64,000 nucleotides of DNA from Felis catus. Taxonomy: Eukaryota. The notes under the pieces are model-generated. The model did not search any database, had not been told where the DNA came from, and saw only the letters and a program-made list of their open reading frames with translations. Position numbers and translations under genes: made by a program. Numbering within the stretch: the first letter of the stretch is position 1; every line of letters starts with the position of its first letter. The stretch covers positions 192,078,001 through 192,142,000 of the forward strand of contig NC_058368.1 in NCBI RefSeq assembly GCF_018350175.1, written 5' to 3'. Shown here piece by piece: positions 24,399 through 36,200 of the stretch.

Positions 24399-25949
24399 AA
24401 CAACTATGTACTGTGTCCTTCCTATGTGCCAGGAATTATGCTAAGCATCTTACCTATATTATCTCACCTAATCCTCTTAACAATTCTACAAGGTAGGTAC
24501 TTGGCCAAAGCCACAGAAGTATTCAGGGGCAGGGACAGTGTTTAAGCCAGGAATTCTAACTCCAGAACCAAACTCTTCATCACTATACTCTACTCATAAG
24601 TAGAGCAGAAGCAGAGAGAGGTCCTACCTATGGGTCCATCCATGGGTCCTTTGGATCTCACCATGTATTTTTCCATTTATAAGCTAAGATCTGCCTGCAG
24701 TGTGGTCATTACCTAAGTGTAGCGTAGCAAAAAAATTCTATTTCAGTGCATCATGTGCATTCAAAGCGCAACCTATCCAAGTTGCCTGCACACAGTTGGA
24801 ATAAAAAAGTGTTCCTCATCATCAAGGACATGGGGACCTCCATTAGTTGGACAGACAAAGCTGCTCCTTTCAGAGTCAGAAGACCACACTGAGAAAGCCA
24901 GTATCACTCACCTTCAAGAACTGGTAGAGTGTTCTCCTGAGTGAGCTGTCCCAAGCTGAAATAGTGAGTTCCCTGGCACTGCAGATAAACATAAAAGAGC
25001 TAAATCATCACTGTCCAGACATTCTAGAGATTTCTGCCCCAGGTGGAGAATTAAAGTTGATCAACTCCTTAGAAAGCTTCCAAATCTAACTTCAGGATAC
25101 TATCATCTTGCAACTGGCAGAAAGAAAATCAATTTAAGATACTGTTTGAAATAGATACATTTGTGTTCTGCTTTTAAAGAAAAAAGAAAGAAAGAGAAGA
25201 AAATAAAGAGAAAAGAAAAGGAAAACCACTGGCTGCTGTTAGGATTCATTAAAGTCTCATAAACACTGGGGAAGTAAAGACCAGATGCAGGCAGCCTGCT
25301 GAACAGGCACATTATTAATCGTGAATCAAAAGGAAAACATAAAAAATGCACTGAGTCGGGTCACATCCATTGTGGAAATATTTAGCACAGGCTGGTTCCT
25401 GCTCAAGTCCTGATGTGGCAATTTACGGTTCAATACCCAATGGAAACATTTACCTTAGCAAAAGCTGAGCACAATGCCCATATCTTGTTTCATACAATTA
25501 TCAATCTTTACGGTGCTGGGAAAGATTTTTAAATAAATACACACCCCTGCCTGTTCTTGAGTCATCTGATTTAATTTAACCAAAGGGATGGGAGCCATCT
25601 TCGTCTAAACTAGATTAGTAGGTCAGCGATGAGCAGTTATTACCGAAGAGTCATTTCTGAAATAGTCACCAAGAGGAGAAAGCCCTAGCATGAGTCCTTT
25701 CAGTGTTTTTTGTGGCTGTGAACTTGGTTGGGATACTTTGTTTGGAATCTTGTATGAAAAACCACAGAGAGGCCATGTTCCAGGGGCTGCTGCTAGGCTG
25801 GACATTTCAATAGTATTAAAAGTTGCTTTATAAACAAACTGTTGTGAATACACAAACCTGCCCTCAGAGGTATGAGGCTTTTAGGTGGCTCAAATAGCTT
25901 CCTGTCTGCAGGTGGCAATCATGGGCTCGATCACTTTTTTCTCCTTGTT

Positions 25950-27240
25950 AGTATTTTTGTTCACTCAGTACTTTAGCTAGCTGTTCTGCCGCTGCCCTCT
26001 TTTCGTCCTGCAATTTTCTCATTTGTTAGTTGCTTCTGATTTTACTGTTTTGGGTAAGAAACGTTTACAGTTACTTTACATAAATGGGCTTATTTGAGAG
26101 GTATATTTTCTGCGATTTTTGCATTTTCTTTGGATCCCTCGGTCAGAGAATACCGTCTTCTCTGGATCTAAAATCTTGGGATCACAGCCAAGATCTCTTG
26201 CATACTCGGTGGGACTTATCTGTGTCCTTCTAATGTTGGTTATTTAAAGTAAAAATCTGAAACTAATTTGATGTATCTCCTTTTAAAATGGCCTCTCTTC
26301 TTTTGTTTCCTCTAATTTTTTTGTGTGGAAGCTTGTCCCTGAAGCTTGAAATCCTTACCGGGATTTGTCTTGGTATAGATTCTATTTACGATTTCCTCGG
26401 TAAACTGGGAAAAGGTTCACTTTCTATCCAAGTGGTTTTTTGTTTTTTTGTTTTTTGTTTGTTGTTGTTTTACCTTGGAAAGCTTTCTTCAGTCATTCCC
26501 TCGATCATTGCAGATAATCTGTTTGCTCCATATTTTTCTTTCAATATTCCTATCATTTGCAAGTTATACTTGTCCCTTCTGGCTGCTGTATCTTTCCCTG
26601 CCTTTCATCTTTATCACCTTTCTCTGCATTCGGAAGAACTTTCTAAAATGTGTCCCCTGTTCCTGATGAATTTTTTTTACAGTGTAGACTCCATTTTCCC
26701 TGTTTCCAATCAATAATCCTGGTCGTGACTTTCATTTTGTTGTACTTTCTTTCATCCTAAATATTTTTAAGAAATAACATCCTCTATCTTATCCAGGGTC
26801 AATTACCTCCTAAATTTTGCTTCAGTTCATTGGAAAGTTTTTTTCCTTTTTTTTTTAAGTGATAACTGAGTTTCCTTTGTTTAACCTTTTTAAAAATTTT
26901 TTCTTTTTAATGTGTATTTTTGAGAGACAGAGCTCAACCAAGGGAGGGACAGAGAGGGAGGGAAGCACAGAATCTGAAGCAGGCTTCAGGCTCTGAACTG
27001 TCAGCACAGAGCCCCACATGGGGCTTGAACCCACGAACCGTGAGATCATGACCTGAGCTGGAGTCAGACACTCAACCGACTGAGCCACCCAGGTGCCCCA
27101 GAAAGTTTATTTCAAGAGAACTTTCTTCTGCATCTCTGACACTTGACTCTCCTACCCTCATGCTGTGTATTTGGGGAAAGTTCCATGGGTATTCGCACGG
27201 TCTTGATCTTTCTCAGGTTCTGCTTGGAACAAGTAGAGTT
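25950..27240 (-). mobile_element. Ancient L1ME-type 5'/ORF1 fragment
   Basis: T-rich antisense L1 motifs (AAAATCTGAAACTAATTTGAT, GGAAAGCTTTCTTCAGTCATT). Confidence 0.55.
26846..27099 (-). mobile_element. CAN-SINE with extended 3' end
   Basis: SINE body 26887-27099; candidate TSD GAAAGTTTWTTTC at 26833-26845 and 27101-27113. Confidence 0.93.
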
Positions 27241-27345
27241 TTTTTCATTCGGGTTTTTCTTTTTAATATATATACACTCTTACTTTTCTTAAACCCTGTG
27301 CTCACAGACAACATGGAAATCTTAGTGTGATAAAGTAGTTCAGCT

Positions 27346-27838
27346 TGAGAAGTGGCAGGAAATGCCTCCCCAAAATATGCCACTTTGGCATAAGGATTAT
27401 TTGGGGCTAAAGTCTCTTTAAAAAGCAAGAAGGAAATTCTAATCTCTCCTTTTCTTCCTGAAAACAGGAGATAAAAAACTCCCAGGTGAAAGACGCCCTC
27501 ACTGTACCAGGAAAAAAGAAACATTTTTTCAATGGGGAATCATAGCAGAGAAAATCCTATACCAACGGACCTTGTTAAAATAGTTCTTACCCTCTTTTAG
27601 CCTCTCTACACAGTTTCCTTGTCCCCAATTGCCTCTCTTTATTCAACCTACTATAAAAACATTTAGGTTTTGCCACTTTATCAGGTCATTTCCTTGTGAG
27701 GATTCCCTTGTCACATAAAACTTGTATTAAGTACATTTGCATGCTTTTCTCCTGTTAATCTGTCTTATGTCAATATAATTCTCAGGTCCAGCCAAAAAAC
27801 CCTAAAGAAAGTGGAGGTAAAATTTTGCTTCCCATACA
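27346..27838 (+). mobile_element. ERV1 solo LTR (MER34-type)
   Basis: TG...CA; CCCCAAAATATGCCACTTTGGCATAAGGATTATTT, TATAAAA, TGCTTTTCTCCTGTTAATCTGTCTT. Confidence 0.85.
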
Positions 27839-27970
27839 AAGCTAAATAAAAGTTTCCAAACTTGAAAGGTCCACAAGGTCAGGCAGGGAGTTGAAAAGAA
27901 GGAGGCAGACAGACATATGTCCTGACCAAAGGGGCTACTACTCAGCTCTAGTCAGAAATCTGGATGTTTC

Positions 27971-28510
27971 ATAGCATATCAGATAAAGGGTTAGTAACCA
28001 AAATCTATAAAGAACTTATCAAACCCAACACCCAAAAAACAAATAATCCAGTGAAGAAATGGGCAAAAGACATGAATAGACACTTCTCCAAAGAAGACAT
28101 CCAGATGGCCAACCAACAAATGAAAAAATGCTCAACATCACTCATCATCAGGGAAATACAAATCAAAGCCACAATGAGATACCACCTCACACCTGTCTGG
28201 CTCACATTAACAACTCAGGCAACAACAGATGTTGGCAAGGATATGGAGAAAGAGGATCTCTGTTGCGTTGTTGGTGGGAATGCAAGCTGGTGCAGCCACT
28301 CTGGAAAGCAGTATGGAGGCTCCTCAAAAAACTAAAAGTAGAACTACCCTACGGCCCAGCAATTGCCCTACTAGGTATTTATCCAAGGGATACAGGGGTG
28401 CTGTTTCGAAGGGACACATGCACCCCCATGTTTATAGCAACACGATCAACAATAGCCAAAGTATGGACAGAGCCCAAATGCCCATCGATGGATGAAGGGA
28501 TAAAGAAGAT

Positions 28511-28586
<76 letters not shown>

Positions 28587-28987
28587 GGAATATCACTTGG
28601 CAATCAAAAAGAATAAAATCTTACCATTTGCAACTACGTGGATGGAACTGGAGGGTATTATGCTAAGTGAAATTAGTCAGAGAAAGACAAATATCATATG
28701 ACTTCACTCATATGAGGACTTTAAGAGACAAAACAGATGCACATAAGGGAAGGGAAACAAAAATAATATAAAAACAGGGAGGGGGACAAAACATAAGAGA
28801 CTCACAAATATGGAGAACAAACTGAGAGTTGCTGGAGGGGCTGTGGGAGGGGGGATGGGCTAAATGGGTTAAGGGGCACTAAGGTCCACTCCTGAAATCA
28901 TTGTTGCACTATATGCTAACTAATTTGGATGTAAATTAAAAAAATAAAATAAAATAATAAAATTAAAAAATATTTAAAGAAATAAAT
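27971..28987 (+). mobile_element. Carnivore L1, 5'-truncated (copy D)
   Basis: ORF2 C-terminus; 17-bp TSD AGAAATCTGGATRTTTC (27954-27970, 28988-29004). Confidence 0.96.
28514..28584. repeat. compound (TA)n(CA)n microsatellite inside L1 copy D
   Basis: direct reading. Confidence 0.95.
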
Positions 28988-29661
28988 AGAAATCTGGATA
29001 TTTCGGCAATAATCCAGATGCTTACACATTAGCAACTAATTTGGAAATTTTTGAAACCATGGTGCAAGTCATGCAGCACACACACGTGGACTAGATTCAT
29101 TCCAGGAATTGCTAGCTAATACCCTCTGCGTCAACAAACCCTGCAAAACCAGATTTTTCTTAAGCAGACCCGTACAGGCTCTCCCCTCACACCTCAGGGA
29201 CACACTCACTCTGTAGGAATTCTGAGGAGTGGCTTTGAGCATCAAATGTAGGAAGTGAGGGTCGGACCATAACACATTTCCAGCCCCTCCCGGGTGAGAT
29301 CTCAGCTTCCTTGACCCTGTCACTCCACTTGAGAATCTCCCACCTGCATTCCTGACCACTGACTAAAGTCCTCCTCAACCCCAGCCCCCAGGTTGTCTCA
29401 GGGCCAATGTTACTAGGCCTATTTTGTATCTTTCCTTCTACAAACCGCTTCTCTGCCATCTTTCTTTCAACTCTCTTATTATTTTCCACTCTGGGTATTG
29501 TATTAAGATGTGCTCAATATACAATTTACTAACACAATGTTTCATATTTTTCACATCAAGCCTTCAAAATTCCTCCTTGAGGATTTTCTCTGTTTTTTTC
29601 CTGGTCAGGTCCAGAATTGGCTTTTGATCAATATTTATTAAAGCAAGAAGTATTCTGCTAT

Positions 29662-29888
29662 TTTAAATTTTTTTTCATGTTTATTTACTTTTTGAGAGAG
29701 AGAGAGAGTGCGCGCTTGAGCGGGGCAGGGGCAGAGAGAGAAAGAAAGGGAGACACAGAATCCGAAGCAGGCTCCAGACTCTGAGCCGTCAGCACAGAGC
29801 CCAACATGGGGCTCAAACCCACGAACTGTGAGATCATGACCTGAGCCGAAGTCGGACACTTTACTGACTGAGTCACCCAGGCACCCCC
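29662..29888 (-). mobile_element. CAN-SINE (SINEC)
   Basis: flanking duplication TTCTGCTATTTT (29653, 29894). Confidence 0.95.
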
Positions 29889-30449
29889 TATTCTTCTGCT
29901 ATTTTAAAGAATAAGTAACTTTCCAGTTACCCTCGTTTCATATTTCAAGGATGGAGCAGATTTCCACACCTAGTTTCCCATCAGAACAGCATCTGAGCCC
30001 CCAGCTGGCTGATCTGCAGCCACCCGAGGCCCATTGTGGAAACCTGGGACAAGAACACTTCCTGCGGTTACCAACTGTCTCTGGCACCACCTGCTGGCCA
30101 CTCAGTGCATCCATGGGACACAACGAATAACAAAGATCAGGTCCCAAAAGGTGAACCAGAATCTGTCTTCCTTGAGGAGCAGAAGCATCCTTTTGAGGCT
30201 AACAGTCAAAGGTTCCTACGGACCCAACGGGCAGTTCTTCCTAAGAATGTCTCTGCTTACACTTCCTCTGCTTTCTAGGGTCAAAACTCGTGTTTTGTTG
30301 TTCTTTTAATAAATACCACCGCTGTTGTGTGTGTGTGTGAACAACCACAACTATGTCACTCCCTTCCCCATCCAGTGAGAGTGTGGTCCACACTGCATGA
30401 CCTCACAACAGCCCCAAAATGGAAGGTGTTCTACTGGAAGGGCAGAGAT

Positions 30450-30669
30450 GGGGCGTCTGGGTGGCCAGTCCGTTAAGCATCCGACTTCGGCTCAGGTCAT
30501 TATCTCGAAGTCTGAGTTCAAGCGACGGGTGGGGCTCTGTGCTCCCAGCACAGACAGCCTGCTTCGGATTCTGTGTCTCCTTTTCTCTCTGCACCTCCCC
30601 CACTCGCACTTTGTCTGTCTGTCTCTCTCTCAAAAATAAGTAAACATTAAAAAAAAATTGTTTTTAAAA
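30450..30669 (+). mobile_element. CAN-SINE (SINEC)
   Basis: GGGGCGTCTGGGTGGCCAGTCCGTTAAGC head, CT-rich body, A tail. Confidence 0.93.
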
Positions 30670-30820
30670 GGCAGACACCTGAGTCCACGTCCTCACAGAC
30701 TGCCCCTCAGCCACGTGGCCTTGATAAAGGCGCTTCTTCCTTCAGTGCCTTTAGCCAGGGCTGGCTTGCCAACGCCGAATTCCTCTCCAGCCCCACAATA
30801 ATCCTATGAAACTGTGACTA

Positions 30821-31266
30821 CACGCACACTTCATTTTATTGCACTTCACAGACACCCCCTTGTTTACAAATTGAAAGTTTGTATCAACCCTGCTTGGAGC
30901 AAGCCTATCGGTGCCATTTTTTTTCCGACAGCATTGGCACCCTTCATGTTTCTGGGTCATATTTGGGTAATTCTCACAACATTTTCAACTTTGTTATTAT
31001 GACTATATTTGTGATGGTGCTCTAAGGTCAGTGACTACAATTCGCTGAAAGCTCAGATGATGGTTAGCACTTTCTAGCAAAAAATATTCTTTAGTTAAGA
31101 TATATACATGTTTTTAAACCTATGCTATTACACACCGAATAGACTACAGGAGAGGGTAAACACATGCACTAGGAAACCAAAAACTTCATTTGCGTTGCTT
31201 TGTAACGACATTCACTGTTTTGTAGCATTCTAGAACTGTCCCTGTGGTCTCTCCGAGGGGTGCCTG
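30821..31266 (+). mobile_element. Non-autonomous Tigger1 derivative (Tc1/mariner-pogo)
   Basis: Tigger1 5' end (TTTACAAATTGAAAGTTTGT, CAAGCCTATCGGTGCCATTTT) fused to 3' end (CTCCGAGGGGTGCCTG); TA on both sides. Confidence 0.88.
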
Positions 31267-31304
31267 TATTAGGGTCAGGCTTCCCAGTCACCATCCAAAC
31301 TCAT

Positions 31305-31607
31305 ACTGTCCGCTATAGGAAGCCACAGCCATGTGTGGCCGTTGAGACCTTGAAATGTAGCTAAACAATCTGAGATGTGCTGTAAATATAGAATGTATAC
31401 TGAATTTCAAAGACCTAGTATGAAATTTTTTTTTATTTTCATATTTTTATATTGACTACACGTTGTTATAATACGTTGATTATATTGGGTTAAATAAAAA
31501 TGTTATTAAAATTCATTCCTCCAGTTTCTCCTTAATTTATAATTGTGACCCTAGATCATTTTAAACTGTACATATGGTTCACGTCATATTTCCACCGAAT
31601 AGCTTCA
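31305..31607. mobile_element. MER33/MER3-type hAT fossil
   Basis: AGCCATGTGTGGCCGTTGAG..CTTGAAATGTAGCT, CTGAGATGTGCTGTAAAT, TTGGGTTAAATAAAA. Confidence 0.8.
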
Positions 31608-32084
31608 CTCTACACAGTGGAACGTTTAAAGCACACAGTTATCTTATGTATCAGCAGCATCATAGGATGGTCACTTTTGTCTGTCGGCACTTGGGAGTCT
31701 TGAGGACGGCCTCCCCAGAGCTAGAGCCAGCCTGCCTGGGAAACTTCGCGAAACCTTCTCTAGAAGGCATCTGAGAGAGGTGCTCTGGTTCAGAGATATA
31801 ATTAGAGGGGGTCAGCAGCAACTCAAGAAGCACTACAAATAACCAATGCGCTTGTGAAAATGTTATCTGATGCTGGTAATCAAAGAAATCGAAATTACAA
31901 CCTGAGATCTCATTTGCAGTCTATCAGGACACGGGCTTTTTTTTTTTTTTTTTTAATTATAGTCAGAGTTAGCGAGGGTATATGGAAATCAGTGTATTTA
32001 TTCCCTGCCTGGGAGAGTTGACGTTTACACAGCCTTTCTAGAGGGTAACTTTCAAAAATTGTGCAACAGAATACTTAATGATAA

Positions 32085-32665
32085 GATCTCCCTCCCCCTC
32101 CTCCATCCATACTCTCCAATTCAGCATGTGTGATCTTTTTATCGTGAAGCCAACTATGTCACTCTTCTGTTTAAAACCCTCACTGCCTTCACTTGGTATT
32201 AGCATGAAGCCCCTAATCCACATATGGCCCCTGGGGTCTGGACCTGCCTTTCTCTCCAGCTTCACCTCCCGCCAGGCTCCTTTCCCTTGCTACTCTCCCA
32301 CCAGCCACAGGCACCCTCTTTCAGGCCCACAGCCCTGGAAAGATCTTCCTGGCTCTTCATTCATATCACTCTTTTAGGATGATGCCGGTACCCGGCTTTT
32401 TTTCTGGCAAAGGCCTCCTCATTCCAGAAGGCTCATGTTAAGTGCACCTTCCCCGGAAAGCCATTTCCTAACCCCTCAGTCTAAATCAGGTTTCCTTGTG
32501 TCCCGGTATCTCCTCTTTTCCTCCCCGTGACTTCTCAGTCTCTGACTCTGCATTTATTACTGGGATCAGTTTGAAGTGCCAGTCTCCCCACCTCCCTGCA
32601 GGACTTATCTCACACCAGGCATGAGGGAGATGCCCCATAAATGCAGGCTGAATAAATGAATGACA
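32085..32665 (+). mobile_element. L2 3' end
   Basis: CTGGACCTGCCTTTCTCTCCAGCTTCA, ends TGAATAAATGAATGA. Confidence 0.75.
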
Positions 32666-32691
32666 TTGTAATTCATAAAAGCCAGGTTCTA

Positions 32692-33105
32692 CTGAAAGAA
32701 GTCAGAGAAAGACAAATACCATATGATCTCACTTATAGGTAGAATCTAAAAAAAAGAAAGAAAGAAAAAAGACGAACTCACAGTTACAGAAAACAGACTG
32801 ACAGAGGCGGGGGTGGGGGTGGGGGCAAAATGGGTGAAGTTGGTCAAAAAACAATATGTCCTGGGGATGTAAGATACAGCATGGTGACTATAGCTAATAC
32901 CCTTGCATTGTATATTTGAAAGTTGCTAAGAGAAGCAGATTTTAAAAGATCTCATCATAAGGAAAAAAAAATTGTAACTATGTGAGGTGACAGGTGTTTA
33001 CTAGATGTGTTGTGGTGATCATTTCACAATAAGTACAAATATCAAGTCATTATGTGGCACACCTGAAACTAACATAATATTGTAAGTCAATTATATCTCA
33101 ATCTT
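32692..33105 (+). mobile_element. L1MA9-type 3' end
   Basis: TACAGCATGGTGACTATAG, TTTGAAAGTTGCTAAGAGA, ACACCTGAAACTAA; near-TSD TAAAAGSCAGGTTMTA (32676, 33106). Confidence 0.85.
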
Positions 33106-33371
33106 TAAAAGGCAGGTTATAAAATGGTATGTGTAATAGGATTTCAATATCAATGTGTATACACATATAATTCTAACATCTGGGCAAAGAAATTTAAAAG
33201 GCCAGAGGAAAATCCAAGCTGTTAATAGCAACTGCCTCTGTGTCATAATCTTACTTTCCTTCTTTTTTTCCAATTTTCTACAGGGAAGATATCCACCTTT
33301 CAAAATCAGGAGGAAATTTATTTCAAAAATAATAATAGTAACAAAAGCCCTGGGTTTGAGTCTCTACTCTT

Positions 33372-34473
33372 TTTTTAAATTTTTATTTAATTTATTTTTT
33401 TAATTTACATCTAAGTTAGTCAGCATATAGTGCAACAATGATTTCAGGAGCAGATTCCTTAGTGCCCCTTACCCATTTAGCCCATCCGCCCTCCCACATC
33501 CCCTCCAGCAACCCTCAGTTTGTTCTCCATATTTATGAGTCTCTTATGCTTTGTCCCCCTCCCTGTTTTTATATTATTTTTGTTTCCCTTCCCTTATGTG
33601 CATCTGTTTTGTCTCTTACAGTCCTCATATGAGTGAAGTCATATGATATTTGTCTTTCTCTGACTAATTTCACGTAGCATCATACCCTCCAGTTCCATCC
33701 ATGTAGTTGCAAATGGCAAGATTTCATTCTTTTTGATTGCCAAGTAATACTCCATTGTATAGATATACCACATCTTCTTTATCCCTTCATCCATCGATGG
33801 GCATTTGGGCTCTGTCCATACTTTGGCTATTGTTGATCGTGCTGCTATAAACATGGGGGTGCATGTGCCCCTTCGAAACAGCACACCTGTATCCCTTGAA
33901 TAAATACCTAGTACTGAAATTTCTGAGTCATAGGGTAGTTCTACTTTTAGTTTTTTGAGGAACAGCCATACTGTTTTCCAGAGTGGCTGCACCAATTGGC
34001 ATTCCCATTAGCGATGCAAAAGAGATCCTCTTTCTCCACATCCTCACCAACATCTGTTGTTGCCTGAGTTGTTAATGCGAGCCATTCTGACAGGTGTGAG
34101 GTGGTATCTCATTGTGGTTTTGATTTATATTTCCCTGCTGATGAGCGATGGTGAGCATTTTTTCGTGTGTCTGTTCACCATCTATATGTCTTCTTTGGAG
34201 AAGCGTCTATTCATGTCTTTTGCCCATTTCTTCCCTGGATTATTTGCTTTTCGGGTTTTGAGTTTGATAAGTTCTTTATAGATTTTGGTTACTAACCCTT
34301 TATCTGATATGTCGTTTGCAAATATCTTCTCCCATTCCGTCGGTTGCCTTTTAGTTTTGCTGATTGTTTCTTTCGCTGTGCAGATTTTATTTTGATGAGG
34401 TCCCATTAGTTCATTTCTGTTTTTGTTTCCCTTGCCTCCAGAGACATGTTGAGTAAGCAGTTGCTGTAGCCAA
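33372..34473 (-). mobile_element. Carnivore L1, 5'-truncated (copy E)
   Basis: ORF2 C-terminus on minus strand; 19-bp TSD GGTTTGAGTCTCTACTCTT (33353-33371, 34474-34492). Confidence 0.96.
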
Positions 34474-35939
34474 GGTTTGAGTCTCTACTCTTAAAAACGT
34501 TTGATGTTGGGAAACTTCAGTCAGCTCTTCAGAGTCTCTTCACTATAAATGGCAGTGAGGACACCTGCCCAGACTATCTGTAGAAGAATTAATAAGAATA
34601 ATAAGATTTGTGCATATTTCAAAAATTATGCTTTGGGTGTTTTGGCATGTGAGATGGACCAGTGTGTAGGGTAATGGGCATTTGCCCAGTGGTTGTGTAA
34701 TTTGCAAATACCACAGGAGCTGACAGCTTGAGCAACTGGAACCTGTGCATTTCGACAGGAACATTGACAGTGGTCACCACCCAGTGATGTGAGGCTTGGG
34801 CCTCTGGAGTGGAGGAGGAGAGTCACCATGGCGGGAGAAGTGGGGGGAATGCCACAAGAATGGGACATTGCTTCTTCTTTCCCCAAGACCAAATGTGGGG
34901 AAACAGGTGGCCTCCCAACACCAGCTCCCAGCAGGAGTGAGAAAGATGCAAACGGAAACATGAAGTTATTGACAGACATGACATTTTTTGTAGTGAATAA
35001 CACAACGTAGTGGACTCTTTCTGCCATCTCTTGGTAAAAATCCAGTGGTCATGGGTCACCTTTCAGGGTTTTTTTCTCTTCAGTCTTCTGCTTACTGAAT
35101 GCAACTTCGAAGAAGAGCTGCTCTGGCTCTGATGGAGGATGGCAGCTTAGTCAACTAATCCCATAAATATTCATGGAGCATTTGTAATTGTCCAGGCACC
35201 ATGCCAGGAACAGATGCTAAGTGGATGAACAAGGCACCATCCCTGCTTTCAGATAGCACACAATCTAATCATTATGATCTGGTGGTGAGTTCCCTGAACC
35301 TCCCCCAGCACTGCCCACTTCCTGACTCCTTGTTCTGTGCCCTGTCACCCCCATTTTAGCATTTATCCCTCTGAACTGTATTCACTCACCTTGGGAGACT
35401 GTCTCAGTTAGCCTGTAATCTCCTTGAGGACACAGATGCTACTCTGAATATGCATCTGCAGCACAAATCTGTTATATACGGTGCTCAACAAGTAAGCAGG
35501 TGAGCAAATGATTTAATGGCCTGAGTAGTTTCATCAGCAAATGCCAATAAAATAAGGAAGATCATCTAGAAAGTAAATGTTCAGCAAGGCTTCATGCTTT
35601 GCAAAACTGAACAGAGATGTGTGCTACCTTTTATGTGGCCTTTCTACAGCGAATGCACTAGAGGTGAAAGGGGACAGGTACAGGAAGTAGGGAGCTGTTT
35701 CTTCAAAGCTCTCTCTGATGAAGATATATCTCTAACACAGATGCCTCAGAGCTCCACCCCCCAAGAATCTCACAGCTCATAGGGTTCCAACAGACTAAGA
35801 GTTCTTCCTAAGACAAGTAATTGCATTTACTGAAGGCTACCAAAGACACAAGTCTTCCCTTCCCCCCATTTATCTTATCACAAGGTACCAAAGGGCAAAA
35901 CTGGTGAAGTAGCTTGTGTTAACAAGGAATACCCAAATG

Positions 35940-36200
35940 GTGAGGGCCATATTCTGAGAAACATGGGAAGGAACTGGAGATGACTAACTAGCTCAAAAGA
36001 GACAATGTTCAGGAAGGATGGAATAGCTGACTTCAAATATGACAATGACCAACGTATGGAAGATAAAAGACTTAAAGCCTTTTCCTTAAAGCCTTTCGAG
36101 GTCAAAGCTAGACCCCACAGGTGGGCCTTAGAGAAAGGTAGGTTCCTGGATCAATGGAAGAGACACAAGTCAGGAAATTATTATAAACAATGCAAGTTTG
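35940..36200 (+). mobile_element. L3/CR1 fragment
   Basis: GAAGGAACTGGAGATG, ATAGCTGACTTCAAATAT, TGGAAGA..AGACTT. Confidence 0.65.

Noticed and set aside
29931..30043. Minus-strand exon-like segment (TTGTCCCAG|...GAGG|GTAACT)
   Set aside because: All three frames contain stops. A non-coding exon cannot be excluded but has no support.
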